Source of the DNA: Oopsacas minuta
Lineage: Eukaryota > Animalia > Porifera
Direction: 5' to 3'
NCBI GenBank assembly: GCA_024704765.1
Contig: JAKMXF010000188.1
Coordinates: forward strand, 62,001 to 126,000
Length of the DNA: 64,000 nucleotides
Shown piece by piece: positions 1-14,000 of the stretch. The position numbers were made by a program, and so were the translations under genes. How positions within the stretch are numbered: the stretch's first letter is position 1; the number at the start of each line of letters is the position of its first letter. The notes under the pieces are model-generated. The model saw nothing but the letters and a program-made list of their open reading frames with translations, had not been told where the DNA came from and did not search any database.

Positions 1-185
1 AGAACTGGGCACTATACTATAGTATAGTAGGCCCAGTAAAAATGTCCAGCCGACAGACTGGGAGTGTAGCCCAGGATTATTGCTTTGTGTTCTTTTCAAG
101 GGGGAGGCTACGCCCCCCCCTGAACCCCGTGTATACGTATATACCGCACTGCACCAGCCCCAGATTTGGGGCTCCTTGCTCTGAG

Positions 186-589
186 CAGTGGCGTAGCCAG
201 AGTTTTTGTGATTCACGATCCTGCATCCATGGCCCAAGATCTAAGGGATCTAAGTGTTTGTTGGGCTAAAGTTTTTGAGAGAAATGAATACTCTGTGACC
301 GTTTCTCAATCTAGTATGGCAGTTTGTACTAAGTTTATGTTTGCACAGTTTGAATAATTATGGAATTACAGTACCATAGTTGACAAAATTAGTGATTATA
401 TTTAATAAGTCGAAATGTCAAATGCCCCACATATGGGCAAAATTATTATCAATTCCCCTATATATCACAATCTATAGCACAGACTGGGGGACCTGGGGGT
501 AACCATTGATAGGTACAAACATTTCGTAGGCTGAGCAAGGATAGCGCAAGGCTGACGCCCTTGTAAGCCCAGGTCTGGCTACGCCACTG
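186..589. mobile_element. hAT-type MITE
   Basis: TIRs CAGTGGCGTAGCCAG / CTGGCTACGCCACTG; exact 8-bp TSD GCTCTGAG at 178-185 and 590-597. Confidence 0.9.
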
Positions 590-912
590 GCTCTGAGAAA
601 TAAATTATGTTAAAAACACTTGTTCCTAAAATTTAACAACAAATGCCTTAACACCCCTAACTTTCAAGAAAATGGAACCAGACTAAATCATTAATGAATG
701 AAAAAGGTATCTACTTACCCAAAGTATATCAAAAATGTTCAAAATATAGAAATTGCAATTATAAAAAATTATTACTACTATACCAGTTGAGTTTATGGGC
801 TATAAAGCATATACAATTTTATTGTAGGGCTATCAAAATATGAGACTACTGAAGAGTATATGAATAATATTGGAATTGTAAACAAACATATCAGGTTATT
901 TAAGCTGGTATA

Positions 913-1715
913 CAGTGGCGGCCATATGGGGTGTGCAGGGTGTGCGGTGCACAGGGGCCCCCCAAAGAGATCATTTGGAAGGAGAGGAGATTAACCGAGA
1001 TTTTGGGGGAATGATTGGACCCACAAAATCCCAGGTCAACCTTTATTCTAGGTTGAGTATAGTTAATTGTTTAGTTGATCTATGTGTTCATGAAATTAGA
1101 AATTAAATTAGTCAATAAGCATAGGATATGACTACTACAAGAATTTAAATTTCCCTGAATTGGTTTTAATTTAGACATTTTTCCTGTTATATCTGGAATT
1201 TATTAGTTATTCATCTCTTGTGTGCATAGATTATATAGAAATATTATTTCACAGACATTAAATCGTATTTACGTGTATTATTAAGATATCTGTCACGAAA
1301 GTTCTAATTTGTTATACTAACTTATGCAGAGGCGGATCCAAGGAGGGGTCCTGGGGGTCCTAGGACCCCTCCTCAGTGTTCCTAGCGAGAATCAAAATGG
1401 AACCAAAATTCAGTTTTGAATTTTTGTCTAAAAATTAATGAATAATAGATAAATTAATTTAAATTTATTTCTCTATATGTGGTAGAAATGTCTTTAGATC
1501 GCTATTTCAGTGTCTAAATATTAAAAAATATACTGGGGGCACCCCTTAGGATAGCTCGCTGCGCTCGCGCTTGGACCCCCCTAGGTAAATCCTGGATCCG
1601 CTCCCTGTTATGCATGTGTCATGTGCATAATTTTGCATCGTTTTTTTTATAATTGAGAAGAGGGCCCCAAGAAAAACATTACACAAGGGGCCCCAATATC
1701 CTATGGCCGCCACTG
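913..1715. mobile_element. hAT-type non-autonomous element
   Basis: TIRs CAGTGGCGGCCATA / TATGGCCGCCACTG; no matching 8-bp TSD; contains a nested MITE. Confidence 0.65.
1327..1607. mobile_element. MITE nested in the 913-1715 element
   Basis: TIRs CAGAGGCGGATCCA / TGGATCCGCTCCCTG; TTATG on both flanks. Confidence 0.65.
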
Positions 1716-2600
1716 AAGTCGAGGTTTTTCGTAAACCGTGCATTAGCTCAAAAGCAGAGAAGGGTGTAATTGTTCTTCGCCAGATATTGATTGCAAAGGT
1801 TATTTCTTCAAAGAAATTTGGCCAGTTTTCATGTTTTTCATCCAAAGAGTTAACCATTCTGTCCCGTTGTCGTTAATGATTTGAACAGGTGCCCCTTGTC
1901 GACAATACATGGAGTAAATACCTTTGGAGACCTCTTTAGCTTCTTTAGAATGAAATGACGAGTTTCAATCCACTTGGTAAAATGGTCGATTATTGACAAA
2001 ATATACTTGTAGCCATTTGATTCAATAAGTGGCCCCGTGAAATCCATCCCGACACGATACCAGACCTTGGTGATGATAGATAGAGGATTCAATGGATTTG
2101 TGGGCGCTTTCAAACTTGGTTGGTTCTTCTGACAGCATATACAAGCGTAAACATATCTTTCGATATATTTGTACATGCTTGGCCAATAGTAACGGTCTTT
2201 TGAAATATTATAGGAATATCTAGAACATTGGTGACGAGAGTTATCGTAGGTTTCCTAGGATGCCTTCTAACTCGTTGTCTCGGATAATTATTAAGGTAAT
2301 AATCAAATAAAAACCTGAAACATATCTGAAAAATGACAAAAATGATTTGCAGATTGCATAGAAAAGTAGGGGGACCATTTTCCTCAAATACCATGAATAT
2401 TTGACACTTGGCAAAATAGTCCCCAGGGCCATTTTTGTAGGGGGATCATTTAGAATTAGTTTAAAAAAACAGGGATTCTGCAATAATTGTAGGCCCAAAA
2501 TCGTGAGAGTGGAGAGCCCTGCCATTACTTGTATCTGCGAAATCAAATTTGGTAGGTACTTGAAATCATCTCCAGAGCTATTTTCACTCGAATCTCTCCG
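1716..2600 (-). mobile_element. Degenerate Ty3/Gypsy pol fragment (RNase H-like region and integrase)
   Basis: Frameshifted translation gives RYYWPSMYKYIERYVYACICCQK (integrase Zn-binding region) and WYRVGMDFTGPLIESNGYKYILSIIDHFTKW (integrase core); a weak RNase H-like ALGTIL segment lies upstream; many stops and frameshifts. Confidence 0.85.
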
Positions 2601-2639
2601 TGGGGGGGCCGATATTCAATTCAACTCCTCCAATAATAA

Positions 2640-3170
2640 GTAGTAAACATATAATTACTGTTACAAGACATGGAATACCCAAATAACATTCAGATCTTTT
2701 AATACCCAGCTATAGCCGTTAAGAGCAAGTCTCCACATATATTTTAAGATTTCAAATATTTGTTTACTTTATACTCATGAAAACAACAATAACTTTATAT
2801 ATGAGGAACTTGAAAATGAGAAATTCAGATTCCGCGTACTCGATTACTCCTATATGCTTGTTCAGAGCCAGTCTCTCAGTATATTTCGAGATTTCAACTA
2901 TTTGTGTAGGTACTTTATATTCATAAAAACAACAAATATGTTTACATATGATTAATTCAAAAGTGTGAAAATTGGAATCAGCATACTCGATTACCCCAAT
3001 GTAATTGTTTACTTTTCCTATATCGTCAATAGAAGGATATGTAATTCCCTATAAAATATATGCACATCATCTTCCCCTATCATTATAATACAAAGTGGAC
3101 AAACAAACAAACAAACAAACAAACAAACATACACAAACACACAATAATTGAGTTTTAATAATATAGATAG
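2640..3170 (-). mobile_element. Helitron-like non-autonomous repeat with (CAAA)n microsatellite
   Basis: Reverse complement starts CTATCTATATTATTAAAACTC followed by (GTTT)n, as at 52780; the body carries the ACTCGATTAC / GTAAACA modules shared with about 10 other loci. Confidence 0.55.
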
Positions 3171-3299
3171 ACATGCAATGTGTATTATGCTAGTAATCCT
3201 ACTGAAGTTTGAACACAAAATATGTTCTGGAAAGGTTTGTCGGATCAGGATTGAATATATTTCATTTTCTTAGCCGTTTAGAATATTCATCAACAGTCA

Positions 3300-4477
3300 T
3301 TTTCGCTTTTAAGAAGGAGGACCCTTACTAAGAGAAATTTTAGTATTCTGTATAATAATTTCTTGATCTGATGGCATAACACGAGGAGTTACTATGTCCG
3401 TTGTTGTATGTATAGAAATCCTGATAATTGCAATAATTCTATTCTCACATTTTCAGTATTTTCCACGGTTAGAGAAACTATTCTTGAAGTCATTAATAAG
3501 AAGTGTATCTTTCTAGTTTAGCCTGTGATAATGTGAAACGTTAGGTTCAGGTACCCGTCGATTGGTAGTTATTAGCTCATTTACTAAATTGCTCTTTTGC
3601 CTAACTAACCATATATTGGATATGATATAATCAGTATTTTGTTATGTTCTTATGTAGATATAAACTAAAATATGCCGACATGGTAATATTCCCCAGCAAG
3701 TGGGGAAAAGGCATGTACATGATGAGAGTGAAGTGTGTCTAAGAGTTTCAGAACTACTAGTTATCTCAGAGGGTAAAGAGAGATCACAAGTATTAATGTG
3801 ATCACCTGAAACAAGCGGCTATATGTGAACTAATAAATGCTCAATAGCTACATGAATTGACTCGGATCGTTGTGTGAAATGCACCCCTAATGTCAAATAT
3901 TTTCATGTCCACCTTGAAACCCAATGTGTTTTTCGTTTATACAAACTCTGTAACCATTTCATTGCAGATTCTAATATTTTTGTCAGTACTGTACTCAATA
4001 GACTCGAGTATTGCGAATAGATCATAACACTCTTCATCAAAACTAATACATGATTCAGCATCTTGCTTTGTATAAATCTTCCACCAGCATTTGCAAAACT
4101 TGTTCCACATCACTTTAGCATTTCCAGTTTTATGATTAAATAATAGTTTAATATGAGTATATAGATTTTAGAAAGATAGTAAGTACATAGTAGATGAGAA
4201 GTATATGGTAACGCATTGCGGAGAGCAACTGGCATTACTGGATCTCCATCAGTAAACAGAACCTTTGGGGATGTATAAAAGTTCTTACAAACTCTTTAAA
4301 TGCCAATTCAAAAGATGATACAGTTTCGTTTCTCAATAAAGAACTGGCAAGAATAACTGTTCTCCCGTGCATGTCAAGTCCCTTATAGTCACTTCGGAGG
4401 CTGTTATACACAAGTTCGAATGTATATATTTTGAATAAATATATTCTGACAAGATTGCAGAAATAATACTGGCGCAT
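3300..4477 (-). pseudogene. MULE/Mutator (FAR1-like) transposase remnant with SWIM finger
   Basis: Minus-strand translation: LDMHGRTVILASSLLRNETVSSFELAFKEF, then (frameshift) TDGDPVMPVALRNALPYTSHLLCTYY, TLGVHFTQRSESIH and SWIM-type CTCLFPTCWGILPCRHILVY (about 3660-3720); stops and frameshifts present. Confidence 0.8.
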
Positions 4478-4685
4478 TATCGCTTGCTCGCACTACGCGG
4501 TTGCGAACACATCGTGTCCACACTCGGACCTAAGGACCTCGAGTACATAAAATCATAATCTTAACAGTAGCAAACATGATACTGCCATAATCTTTAAAAC
4601 TGCATACTTAATGTCCCTAAAAGTGAACAAATATTTTTTGAAATTTGTTTACAATATCATATTTGGACTCAGAATATTCGATTAC

Positions 4686-5220
4686 CAGAGCGTCGATCTT
4701 GGGGGGCGAGAGTGTCTTTTCGCCCCCCCCCTCCAATATTATTTATCATTATTAACTTTTTCATCATTTATATTATTGATTAATTCTACAATTCTCTACA
4801 AGTTTTATTATATTGGAGTTATACAATTATTGCCAACAATTTGGCTTTGTATGTATTTGAATTTCAAAGGCATACAACAAATTGTCCAGCTTTCTTCACT
4901 TTATGTAGAGCACCAATTTTGTATTATTAATTCAATTTGTTCGCTAGAGAGTTTTAGTATTAAATATTAGAGTGATTATTTTGTATTGGTTCACTCTAAA
5001 GTGCTCTCGTTTGGTTTCTTAGCACAATTGGCATTACAGCCTTCACTCTACAATACCTATATTTCGTAATATAAATTACTACAGAATTATCTGTACAGAA
5101 GCATGATAATGCAAAATGGTATTGTCTATTATTGAAATTATTTAATAGTTCTTAGCAATAATTTCGTATTAATTGACAATATTTTGCCCCCCCCAATAAA
5201 TTATGCTATCGACGCTTCTG
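4686..5220. mobile_element. hAT-type MITE inserted in the Helitron-like repeat
   Basis: TIRs CAGAGCGTCGAT / ATCGACGCTTCTG; exact 8-bp TSD TCGATTAC at 4678-4685 and 5221-5228. Confidence 0.88.
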
Positions 5221-5349
5221 TCGATTACTTCGTATAGTCGTTTACTTTGAGTACCTAAAAGTTAAAAATATTCACAATATATTGTTTACAATACCATATT
5301 GGGAGTCAGCACACTCGATTACCCCAGTAGTACAATGTTGTTTTGTTGG

Positions 5350-5428
5350 AAACTGGTGGAGACTGCTAGAAATTGCTGGAAACTGCAGGAAACTGCCTGA
5401 AACTGCTAGAAACTGCCGAAACTGGTTG
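5350..5428. repeat. About 10-bp tandem repeat (GAAACTGCNN)
   Basis: Seven to eight degenerate GAAACTG(C) units in direct tandem, with no unique spacers. Confidence 0.8.
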
Positions 5429-6493
5429 CAGAGTGTTGGGACCTATCGCATTTTCAATTTTCTCATATGTAAATGTATTCTTGTTTTTCTGAATATATCG
5501 TGATAAATTTCCATATTGTGGTAGAAACATACTTTCAACTGCTATACTGGGGTAATCGAATATGCTTTGTCAAAATATGATATTATAAACATCATTTCAT
5601 AAATATAGGTAAAGTAAACTATTTCATTTGGGTAATGAGTATGCTGATTCCGATTTTCACGCTTTCCAATTAATCATATGTAAATTTAGTTGTTGTTTTT
5701 ATGAAAATATAGTAAACAAATTCGCCAACTCTCAAAATATACGTATATACTTGCTCTAAACTACTACCCAGTAGTAACTAAGTACGCTGAATCTGAATTT
5801 CGCACTTTCAAGTTTTTCATATGTAAATTTATTGTTGTTTTTATGAATATAAAGTAAACAAATTTCAAAATTGAAGTAGAATCATACTTTCAACGACTAT
5901 AGTGGGGTAATCGAGTATGTTGAGTCCGAATATGGTATTGTAAACAACATATTGTGAATATTTGTTTACTTTGAGGTACATAAAGTAAACTAATTTCAAA
6001 ATTGAGGTAGAATCATACTTTCAACGACTATACTGGTATACTCGAGTATGCTGAGTCTGAATATTGTAAACAACATCAATATTAATAAATCTCAATTGTT
6101 GTCTGTCTGCTTGTTTGTCCGTTGAATACCTCGAGGCGCAATGTTCATCGCGAAGCGACGAGCCAAAGGCTCGTAGATATAGAAAATTGAAATCCCTTGT
6201 TATTCTCCTATATTATCATACTAACTACTTTACATCAAGGTTGTAACTGAATAGTTCAATATTACGGTAACCGAATATCAGTATTCGTATTCTATATGAG
6301 TAAGCAAATATTATCAGTATTCGTATTCGGTAAGACAGATATTCATGAATACTGATATTCGGTTCGCTCGGTTTCAACCTGCTTTATATTCATAAAAAGA
6401 TACATGTATACTATTTGTATGTTCAGTCAATAAGTCCAATTACAAGTTGAAGATTCAAACAAAAATATTTCACAAAAGAAACTAGTTATGTTG

Positions 6494-6606
6494 CTAATCA
6501 TGTTATAATATGTATTGTATATAATACTGAACATCGGTATAAGTCAGACAGAATGACTTCTACCGATGTTCAGTAATATTTCCAATACATATTATAACAT
6601 GATTGG
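6494..6606. repeat. 113-nt near-perfect hairpin
   Basis: 24-bp outer stem (23/24 matches), 7x7 internal loop, perfect 15-bp stem TACTGAACATCGGTA/TACCGATGTTCAGTA, then an AAGTC/GACTT stem. Confidence 0.85.
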
Positions 6607-6685
6607 TAGTACGTATATATTACAAATGAACGGCAAGATGATACACTTCTAGCGATGATCGGTGATCTGTATAAGTAAACTCTAA

Positions 6686-7320
6686 TCTATATATGTGTGT
6701 GTGTGTGTATAAGTTTGTATGTCCAGAATTGATTGCAGAATCTGGAAGACCCCAAGGCTGATTTTTGACTTACAGGGGTATTTTGGGCCTGGCTCGGACA
6801 AGTTCGAGTCTTGGACGAAATTCACATCTATGACTAAATTATGACGTCATTGTCACCTTTTTGATGTTTGAAAAATCACGTTATTAACAACTGCTCAGCC
6901 AATATACATGATAGAAGTTTGAAATTTGAATCACAGGTACCCCTCAATGTGACAAATGCCCTGACCTTATGATTCTGACCAAACCTAACTCATCATGGGA
7001 TTATTACTTCATCATGACTGTACAAATTTCGAATAATTTCAGACTTTCTTAATACCCAAGGCACATAGTGTCGAGATTACTAACCAAAAGCGACATAGCA
7101 TCTCCAGTGTCACCACAGAAGGCCATTGTAGGTTATTAGGATGGACCATGGATAATAAAATCTTAAATTTTCACTATTCTGTCAGTTCGAGGCATGTAGT
7201 GCAGTGTATATTCTGTCGCGTAGCGACCAATAACACTATAAAATTTAGTTGTTCAATTCTTAAGCTAACTTGAACCACTAAGCTGTCGCGCAGCTACCTA
7301 GAAAGCGAAGCGGGCTTGTG
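6686..7320 (+). mobile_element. Helitron-like non-autonomous element with (TG)n
   Basis: TCTATATAT(GT)n start and CTAGAAAGCGAAGCGGGCT end; an inverted partial copy lies at about 46630-46950. Confidence 0.5.
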
Positions 7321-8031
7321 AAATTTAAATAGAAAGGTGAAAAATTATTGATCCCAATAGTATTCACTAGAAATTTCATAATCTCCACCCAATATGTATA
7401 ATTGTACCAATTTTCGTAATAACTGGATTGCAAGATTTCCTACGGCCGTGTTCGCGTCATGGACATCGCACATTGTCCATGCCATTGCTGGGGTGTATCC
7501 TTCACGCCAATTTGTGCTGTAATTTATCTCCACTATTTGATGCGAGAATTTGAACTCTTGTGATCAGCGTGGTTGCCTCGTTGACGGATATTTTTGGCAC
7601 CCCTTCGTTGCTTACAAGTGTATTTGAAGTGTTTCTGACAGAGGACATTGCTTTGCTATCGAATTACCTAATGAACCTGGCGTCACCTTGCCAGTATCTC
7701 TTTTCGTTCTTTAAAAATATTTTTGATGAATTCACTCTAATTTCTAAAAGAATTTATGCCGGACCAATTTTGTCCTTACATAACTATTTACGCAGACACG
7801 GGGATCCGGCGACTTCCCCGATTCTTCCTCGTACTTTTAAGTCCGTTGCCTCCTATTGTTGAAATGATTTATTCCTTCTGGTAAAGTGATTTCTAAATTC
7901 TAGAGCTCTACCTCTACATTATACATTACTGAATTTTAGATATTTGGTCAAATTGTCATCCCATGGCTATGGTCATACACCAACACTCTTATTCTTATCA
8001 ATAATTATAATCATTATATTAGCTGAGTAAT

Positions 8032-11000
8032 ATGAACATGCTCTCTTTATACCCTTCTCGGGAGACTAGACCTCTCAAGAAGTGTAAGTTAGGACCACCC
8101 GACGTATATGGACAGGATGGAAAACAGAGAGAGGATGAATTATCTGAAGCTAACCTGAAAAATGGATTCAGATACACAATCCCTTCTCTAGACGTGAGAG
8201 ATGACAAGACTTCAGCTCTGACAGATGTTACTTCAATTAATCCAGGAGAGCTACAGTCTAGCATACAGACTATGATGATAACTAAGACTAGACAAGAAAT
8301 ATTTTCCAGTGAATCTCTACTCAAGAAACGGCCTGCTCCCTCTAAGGAACACTTCCAAAACATAAAGCCTAACGTGAATGAGAATAAAGTTGCTTCTTTC
8401 TTCCAGGATCTGAGTGGGGCTGCTAGTCTCAGCTCTATTATTCAAAAGAAAGTGAGATGCTCTTTATCTATAATTAGATTTATGTTCCTTCTAATTCCGC
8501 TACACTAATACAGTTACCTGCGCTTAATTGGAACACTTTTAATTTTTAGACTTACCTTATTTCGATGAGTACGCGCCCGGAAATTTACGACACATTTGAC
8601 CATAATCTAAATTAGGAAATTAGTTTCCCAAAATCTTTTGTATTTTCGAAAATTGACGAAATATTTGGACGAAAAAATGCACACAAAAAGAATAAGCGTT
8701 TGGCCGCTTATCCATGGAAATACTGTAACACTTAGGATAACAATTTTAGTGCCTTCCCCAGGATTTTTTGGATGAAAGCGATTTATCGAGCTGTACCAAT
8801 TTGCTATGTAAGGACATAATTGTTACAAAATTAATCTACCAGAAGTATAAATTATAGAAAAATACTCGAATACAGTGTAACACAGACTCATAAACAGAGC
8901 AAGAAACAAGATTTTCGGGGAATTAAGGCGGAATATTAGCTAAACTAGACATCTAGAAAAACAATTCTACAAAAACACATGTACGTAATAACTAAGCACA
9001 TCTCGAAACCAAACAAAACAAAGTCAAAACAAGTTCGATCACAAATTTCAAATTTTATCCCCTTCTCAAAAAATTACGGAGGGGCTCGACAGGGAGTTCG
9101 AGACCCTCCATATTAGTCCTGGCGCCGCTACTGACCCTGAGTCAAATCCTATAAGAATTACAATATCTATAGGTTCTGGTAACAATGCGTAAAGAAGACG
9201 TGTTCGAGAACCTATGGCAACACATGGTACCTCTGGATAGAGCTTCTTGGTTTATAAAGATGAATAATGCTCATCATTTCACTGCAGAGAAGAGAGGACG
9301 TAAAACTACTGACCCCTCAACTGAGTGGACGAGTACATTATTAGAATTCGTGAGTATGAAGTTCAAAGGTCAGCAACCACAACTCAGTGGAGACAACAAA
9401 GGATCTCCCCAGCTACCCCAGGCTTCTAACGGTACTTATATAGTTCTTTTTACTTGAAATAAGCGCAGGGTGCCGAAGGTTGGCTACGCTTGTACTATGA
9501 CGTGGTTATTATTGTCTATATGATAACATTATTTACCATATTAACTCAAATTAAAGCTCTGACCTGGCTATTATGATTTTAGCTGTCACAAAAATTAAAT
9601 ACGAATTACAAATATCAAATCTATGTACCGAAATCCATTGATCTGATGAATTTGGAATTGTAAATACACTAAATACTCGATTTAATTATGTGATATATGT
9701 ATCTCTAATAGCTCCTATCAACACACCTAACAATGGAGAACAGCTGCAGTACCTGGTACAGCTATGCTTCAAGCTATATCAAGACGGTCTCCTAGATAGA
9801 CACGTATTCCTTAGGACTCTGATAGAGTCTCTGGAGCAGAAGAAATCTAACGAAGCTATCCTAGCCTTCCTACCCCTGCTAATGCTGTTTGTAGAGGAAC
9901 TGCTATGCTCTCAATTCCTGAGCAGAAGTCTAGCTGAGTTCTGTATCCGCAGACTCAGACACCTGCATGATAATGACTCTCTGTATTGTGGGGAAGATGT
10001 CCGACTGAGAAGTTTAGAGGGAGAGAAGAGAGATATCAACCTGCTCTCCTATTCTCTCACTCTTAAACTGTCTGCTATACTACACTGTGTTGTATTAGAG
10101 TGTCCTCTAGCTCTCATATGGCTGCCAACTGAGACAAAAAGCAGTTTCCCTCTCGACAAACTCCCTTTAGACATAACCTCACTTCCTATCCTCCCACAAC
10201 CCGACTCTAATATCTCTCCTACTCAGATCTGCAGTCTCCTATCTCATAGAGTACAGGAACTGAGGGAGAGGAGACACGCAGCAGAGATGAAGTGGTCCTC
10301 TGTAGGTATACAGGCCTCTTCTAGAGGAGCTGCTGTAAGGGAGCTAGTGGATATATTAGACAATCTGAATGCATTCAAGTTCACTGACGTCACTTCTAAA
10401 ACAAGATTACTAGAATTGTATAGAAAGGTATTTCATTCCCCGGACACTCTACAATCGCTCTCTCTCAGAGATGATACCATCATCTTGCTCCTGTGTCAGT
10501 GGGCTGTAGCTCCTGATCAGGTGGGAAGACATCGCCCCCTACTGGTATCAGGGCTTATCTGGGCTAGACAGAAGGAGAGAGCTGGACTGAGTGTGGATAA
10601 TTTACTCAATGAGTTCGGAGAGTTTGAGGACGATAATATCGAGACTGGTTCGGTTAGTGGATCTGACAGAGATAAATTCCCATTCCAACGAGCCTTGATA
10701 CGCTTTCTGGACAGGTTTGTTTCTTATCTGAATACAATAAGCATGTTAACTCTAATAAGTCATAATTTTTACACTTAATTCTATCGTATGATTCTTAACA
10801 TACTTTATGTGTACTATAGGGGTCCGAATAAACGGGGTTTGGAATCTCCAAAGTACAGAATTAATTAGAATACTTACTAAGATAACAATATCTAAAATAG
10901 ATCTAAGGATATTCCATATAATCCATATAAGGCATGAAAACAACCAGAAAAATTATGTGATTGATTAAACATTTCTAGTCAATATTCGAAATTTAATAAA

Positions 11001-14000
11001 CGGTGGGGATGGAATAAGCGCGGAGGGTGGAAGAAAATCTATAATTTTATAAGCGGGGGGACTTGTTTATTCGGACCCCAGAGTAGTGGAAATAATTTCA
11101 AAATCGATGTCCTCCAAGTTTCTCATGTGTAAATTTGTTTGTTGGTTTATGGATATAAAGTAAACAAATAGTTGAAATCTCAAAATATACGTAGAGACTT
11201 GCTCTTAACAGCTGCAATTTGGTAACAAAGTACGCTGAATTCGAATTTTCGCATATTCGAACTACGTATAGTGAATATTTGTTTTTTTGGGTGTATAAAG
11301 TAAACAATTTCTAATTAATCCTAGAAACTTGCGTTCAACCATCAGACTGGGGTAATCGGGTACGCTGATTACAAATATGAATTTGTCACCAACCTATTGT
11401 GAATATACTGCTATTTATATAATTTGATCAATTCGAGGCACGAAGTGCCGAGCTCCATGCGAACACAAAGTGTTCGCAAGCCACGCAGTACGAGCAAACG
11501 AAGCGCGCTACTTTGTTGTTTTGAGGCGTAAATTTCATTAAAAAATCTTCTTTGAGAGGTGATAAATTGTCACTCACAAATTTGGAGCATTTTTCTAGCC
11601 CCTGGGCTTATTTAAGGATATAGAAAAAAAATCTAAGTGCTAAATTCGGATGATTGTTATATTTGTTTTGATAGGAATGAATCTATTCCAGCAGCCAAAC
11701 CAAACTCTCCTAAGAAGGGAGCATTCCTCTTACTCTGTATCTTATTCTCAGAACTAATACAGAGAGATCTGTTCTCATTCGAGCAGTATCTGAAGTTCTT
11801 AGTAGCCAGGGGAGACTTTGGAGATAACTACTCTAAACCTCCTACATTTATCAACAAACTCCCTAAATACGATATCAAGCCCCCAGACTCCTGTCCACAG
11901 CCCCCTCCCCGTCAGTTCTTAGAAGACATCAGTGACGTCATTCAAGTAAAAGAGGAGTTCTCTCAATCTTCTCAATCCTCTTCACAAGCAGAAACAGGAG
12001 ATATTATCCCTCCCCCTCACATTAAAGATCACCTGATACATATCACAAGGAGTAACTCTCCCAAGCCTAAGCCTCAGAAGGGAGGTGTCCTAGCTGAGGA
12101 CGAGCAACAGAAAATTCCAATTACCTACCACTATGTGGTTCATTTCCCTGCTCCTGATTGTTGTGACAGAGTCGAGGCTCAAAGAGCTTCTCTCTTGTAT
12201 GGGATAGGATCTATGCGGGAGTTCTGTCTCAGAGTGCTAACTGCTACTAAGGAAGAAGTGATAAATTTTGCAGGAGCAAGGTTCGAACAGTCTCGCACAA
12301 AACACATACTTAGAGAATTCTGTCTCCTACCAATATGTCTACAACAAGAAGTAGCTTCCTCTTGTGCTCTGAATTATAAAAGAAATAAAATACTCTCTCT
12401 TCCTAAGCTGATATTCATAATAGAACTCCTAGACCTGTCAGGTAGTGTGAATAAACTAATAGAATTCCTATTCGATGTTATCGTTCACATGCAAGGAGAA
12501 GAGAGTATGAAAGACTGTCATCCTACCATAGACTCTCCTCCTATACGTACTAAAGAGTTACAGCTGTCATTCAGGATGCCTGTTGTGTCCATGCTACAAG
12601 CCTATTTACCCTCTCTGCTCGCTTCTTCATATCACACCTCTCATATATTCGAGAGGTTAACTTATGTGTTTGAAAAGGTCAAGAGTTCAGACCACGGTCT
12701 TCGTTCTGACCAGATGCGAGTGTTCCTCTTTCTCAACCAACTCTATCAGTCATGTTTCTATCTGATGGATGCACATAAAGACACATTTGGACCCTTCCAA
12801 AAGAGTTTAGAACACACAACTCACTCTAACTACCAATTAAACCCAACTGATATGAATTGGAATAGAATATTCCAGAAGAATCTAGAGCTAGAACAACACT
12901 CCTCAACTGACATATCATCAACAGTAAGCACAATACTTAACCTGATACACAAGAGAGTTGTAGATTATCCACCATTCTCTCTCATGTGTGAACTATTCGC
13001 ACAAGCTTGTAATGCTAACAGCGTTGATAATATCCGCGATTTAGCACACATCCTGGCTGACGTGTGTTCAGAGTGTCCCTCCCTTAACAACATGTTCATG
13101 GAAGCTGTTCGTGCCATATGTGCACCCTGTACTAAGCACGGATTTAAAGATCTCCAGCAATACATTCTACCAGATAAGCAATTACAACATAACAAGCTGG
13201 TTATATTCATAGTGTTTGTTGTATTTCATAATCCATTGCTACTACCAAATCTTGTTGACAGCGTTATGACAGCCGCTTGTCAATACCATCGTAGTCCTGA
13301 ATCTTCTGAGCATCAGAGCAATGCATTAGACATAACCTGTCTCCTGATCCTGTCTATCCTCACAGAGGAGGGCAGACCGGACTCTACACGGTCTACTCCT
13401 ACTGGGTCTGACGACTGGCACCCTTTCAGGGTGCTCCCTCTCTACGTGAAGCGGTTCCTCTACGTACAGAACCAGCACTTGCCTTTATCTTCAGTATCTG
13501 AGCTACTCAAACAGATGATCCAGCTGTTGGATTCGTTTGGGAATACAAAAACTGGCTCTATCACCAATCATAAGAAATTCTCCAAATGTCTTGAGGCTGT
13601 GGTTAGTCAGTCGTGGGTACGAGAGAAGTGTCAGTGTGAAGTTGAACAGCTGGCTCTAGCTCTGACCGAAAAGGAGAAAGACTTACATGTATCTGGTACA
13701 ATTCCTGGAATGGGGAATGATCCTAAGTTGAAGTCTTCACTCGTTAAGTTGCTCACCACTTATATCTGTTATCAGGGTAAACATTTCTGGGCGAAAGATG
13801 ACAAATCTCAAGTTATCAAGATCCTAGAGAGTCTAGATCTGTGGAACCTGCGCTTCTCCCTTATCCAGCTGTTCGTACTCCTGCAGCTCACTCCCCAGCA
13901 GCAGGTAATGAGAATAACAGACACTATTTCTCAATCTGCCTTCGACGTATTTTCTCAGAAGCAGGAGCAGCATTCAAGAGAGGACACAGGAGAAATTGAC

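Larger units (their letters stand above)
4478..6180. mobile_element. Cluster of Helitron-like modular repeats
   Basis: GC-rich hairpin terminus at about 4478-4545 matches the reverse complement of 11430-11510 and also 20005-20045; repeated modules (CATACTCGATTACCCCAG, AAAGTAAACAAATTTC); short element at about 6070-6175 ends in the hairpin CGAGCC-AAA-GGCTCG. Confidence 0.6.

Noticed and set aside
5350-5428. Possible CRISPR-like array
   Set aside because: Contiguous 10-bp units with no unique spacers, in a eukaryotic context; a simple minisatellite.
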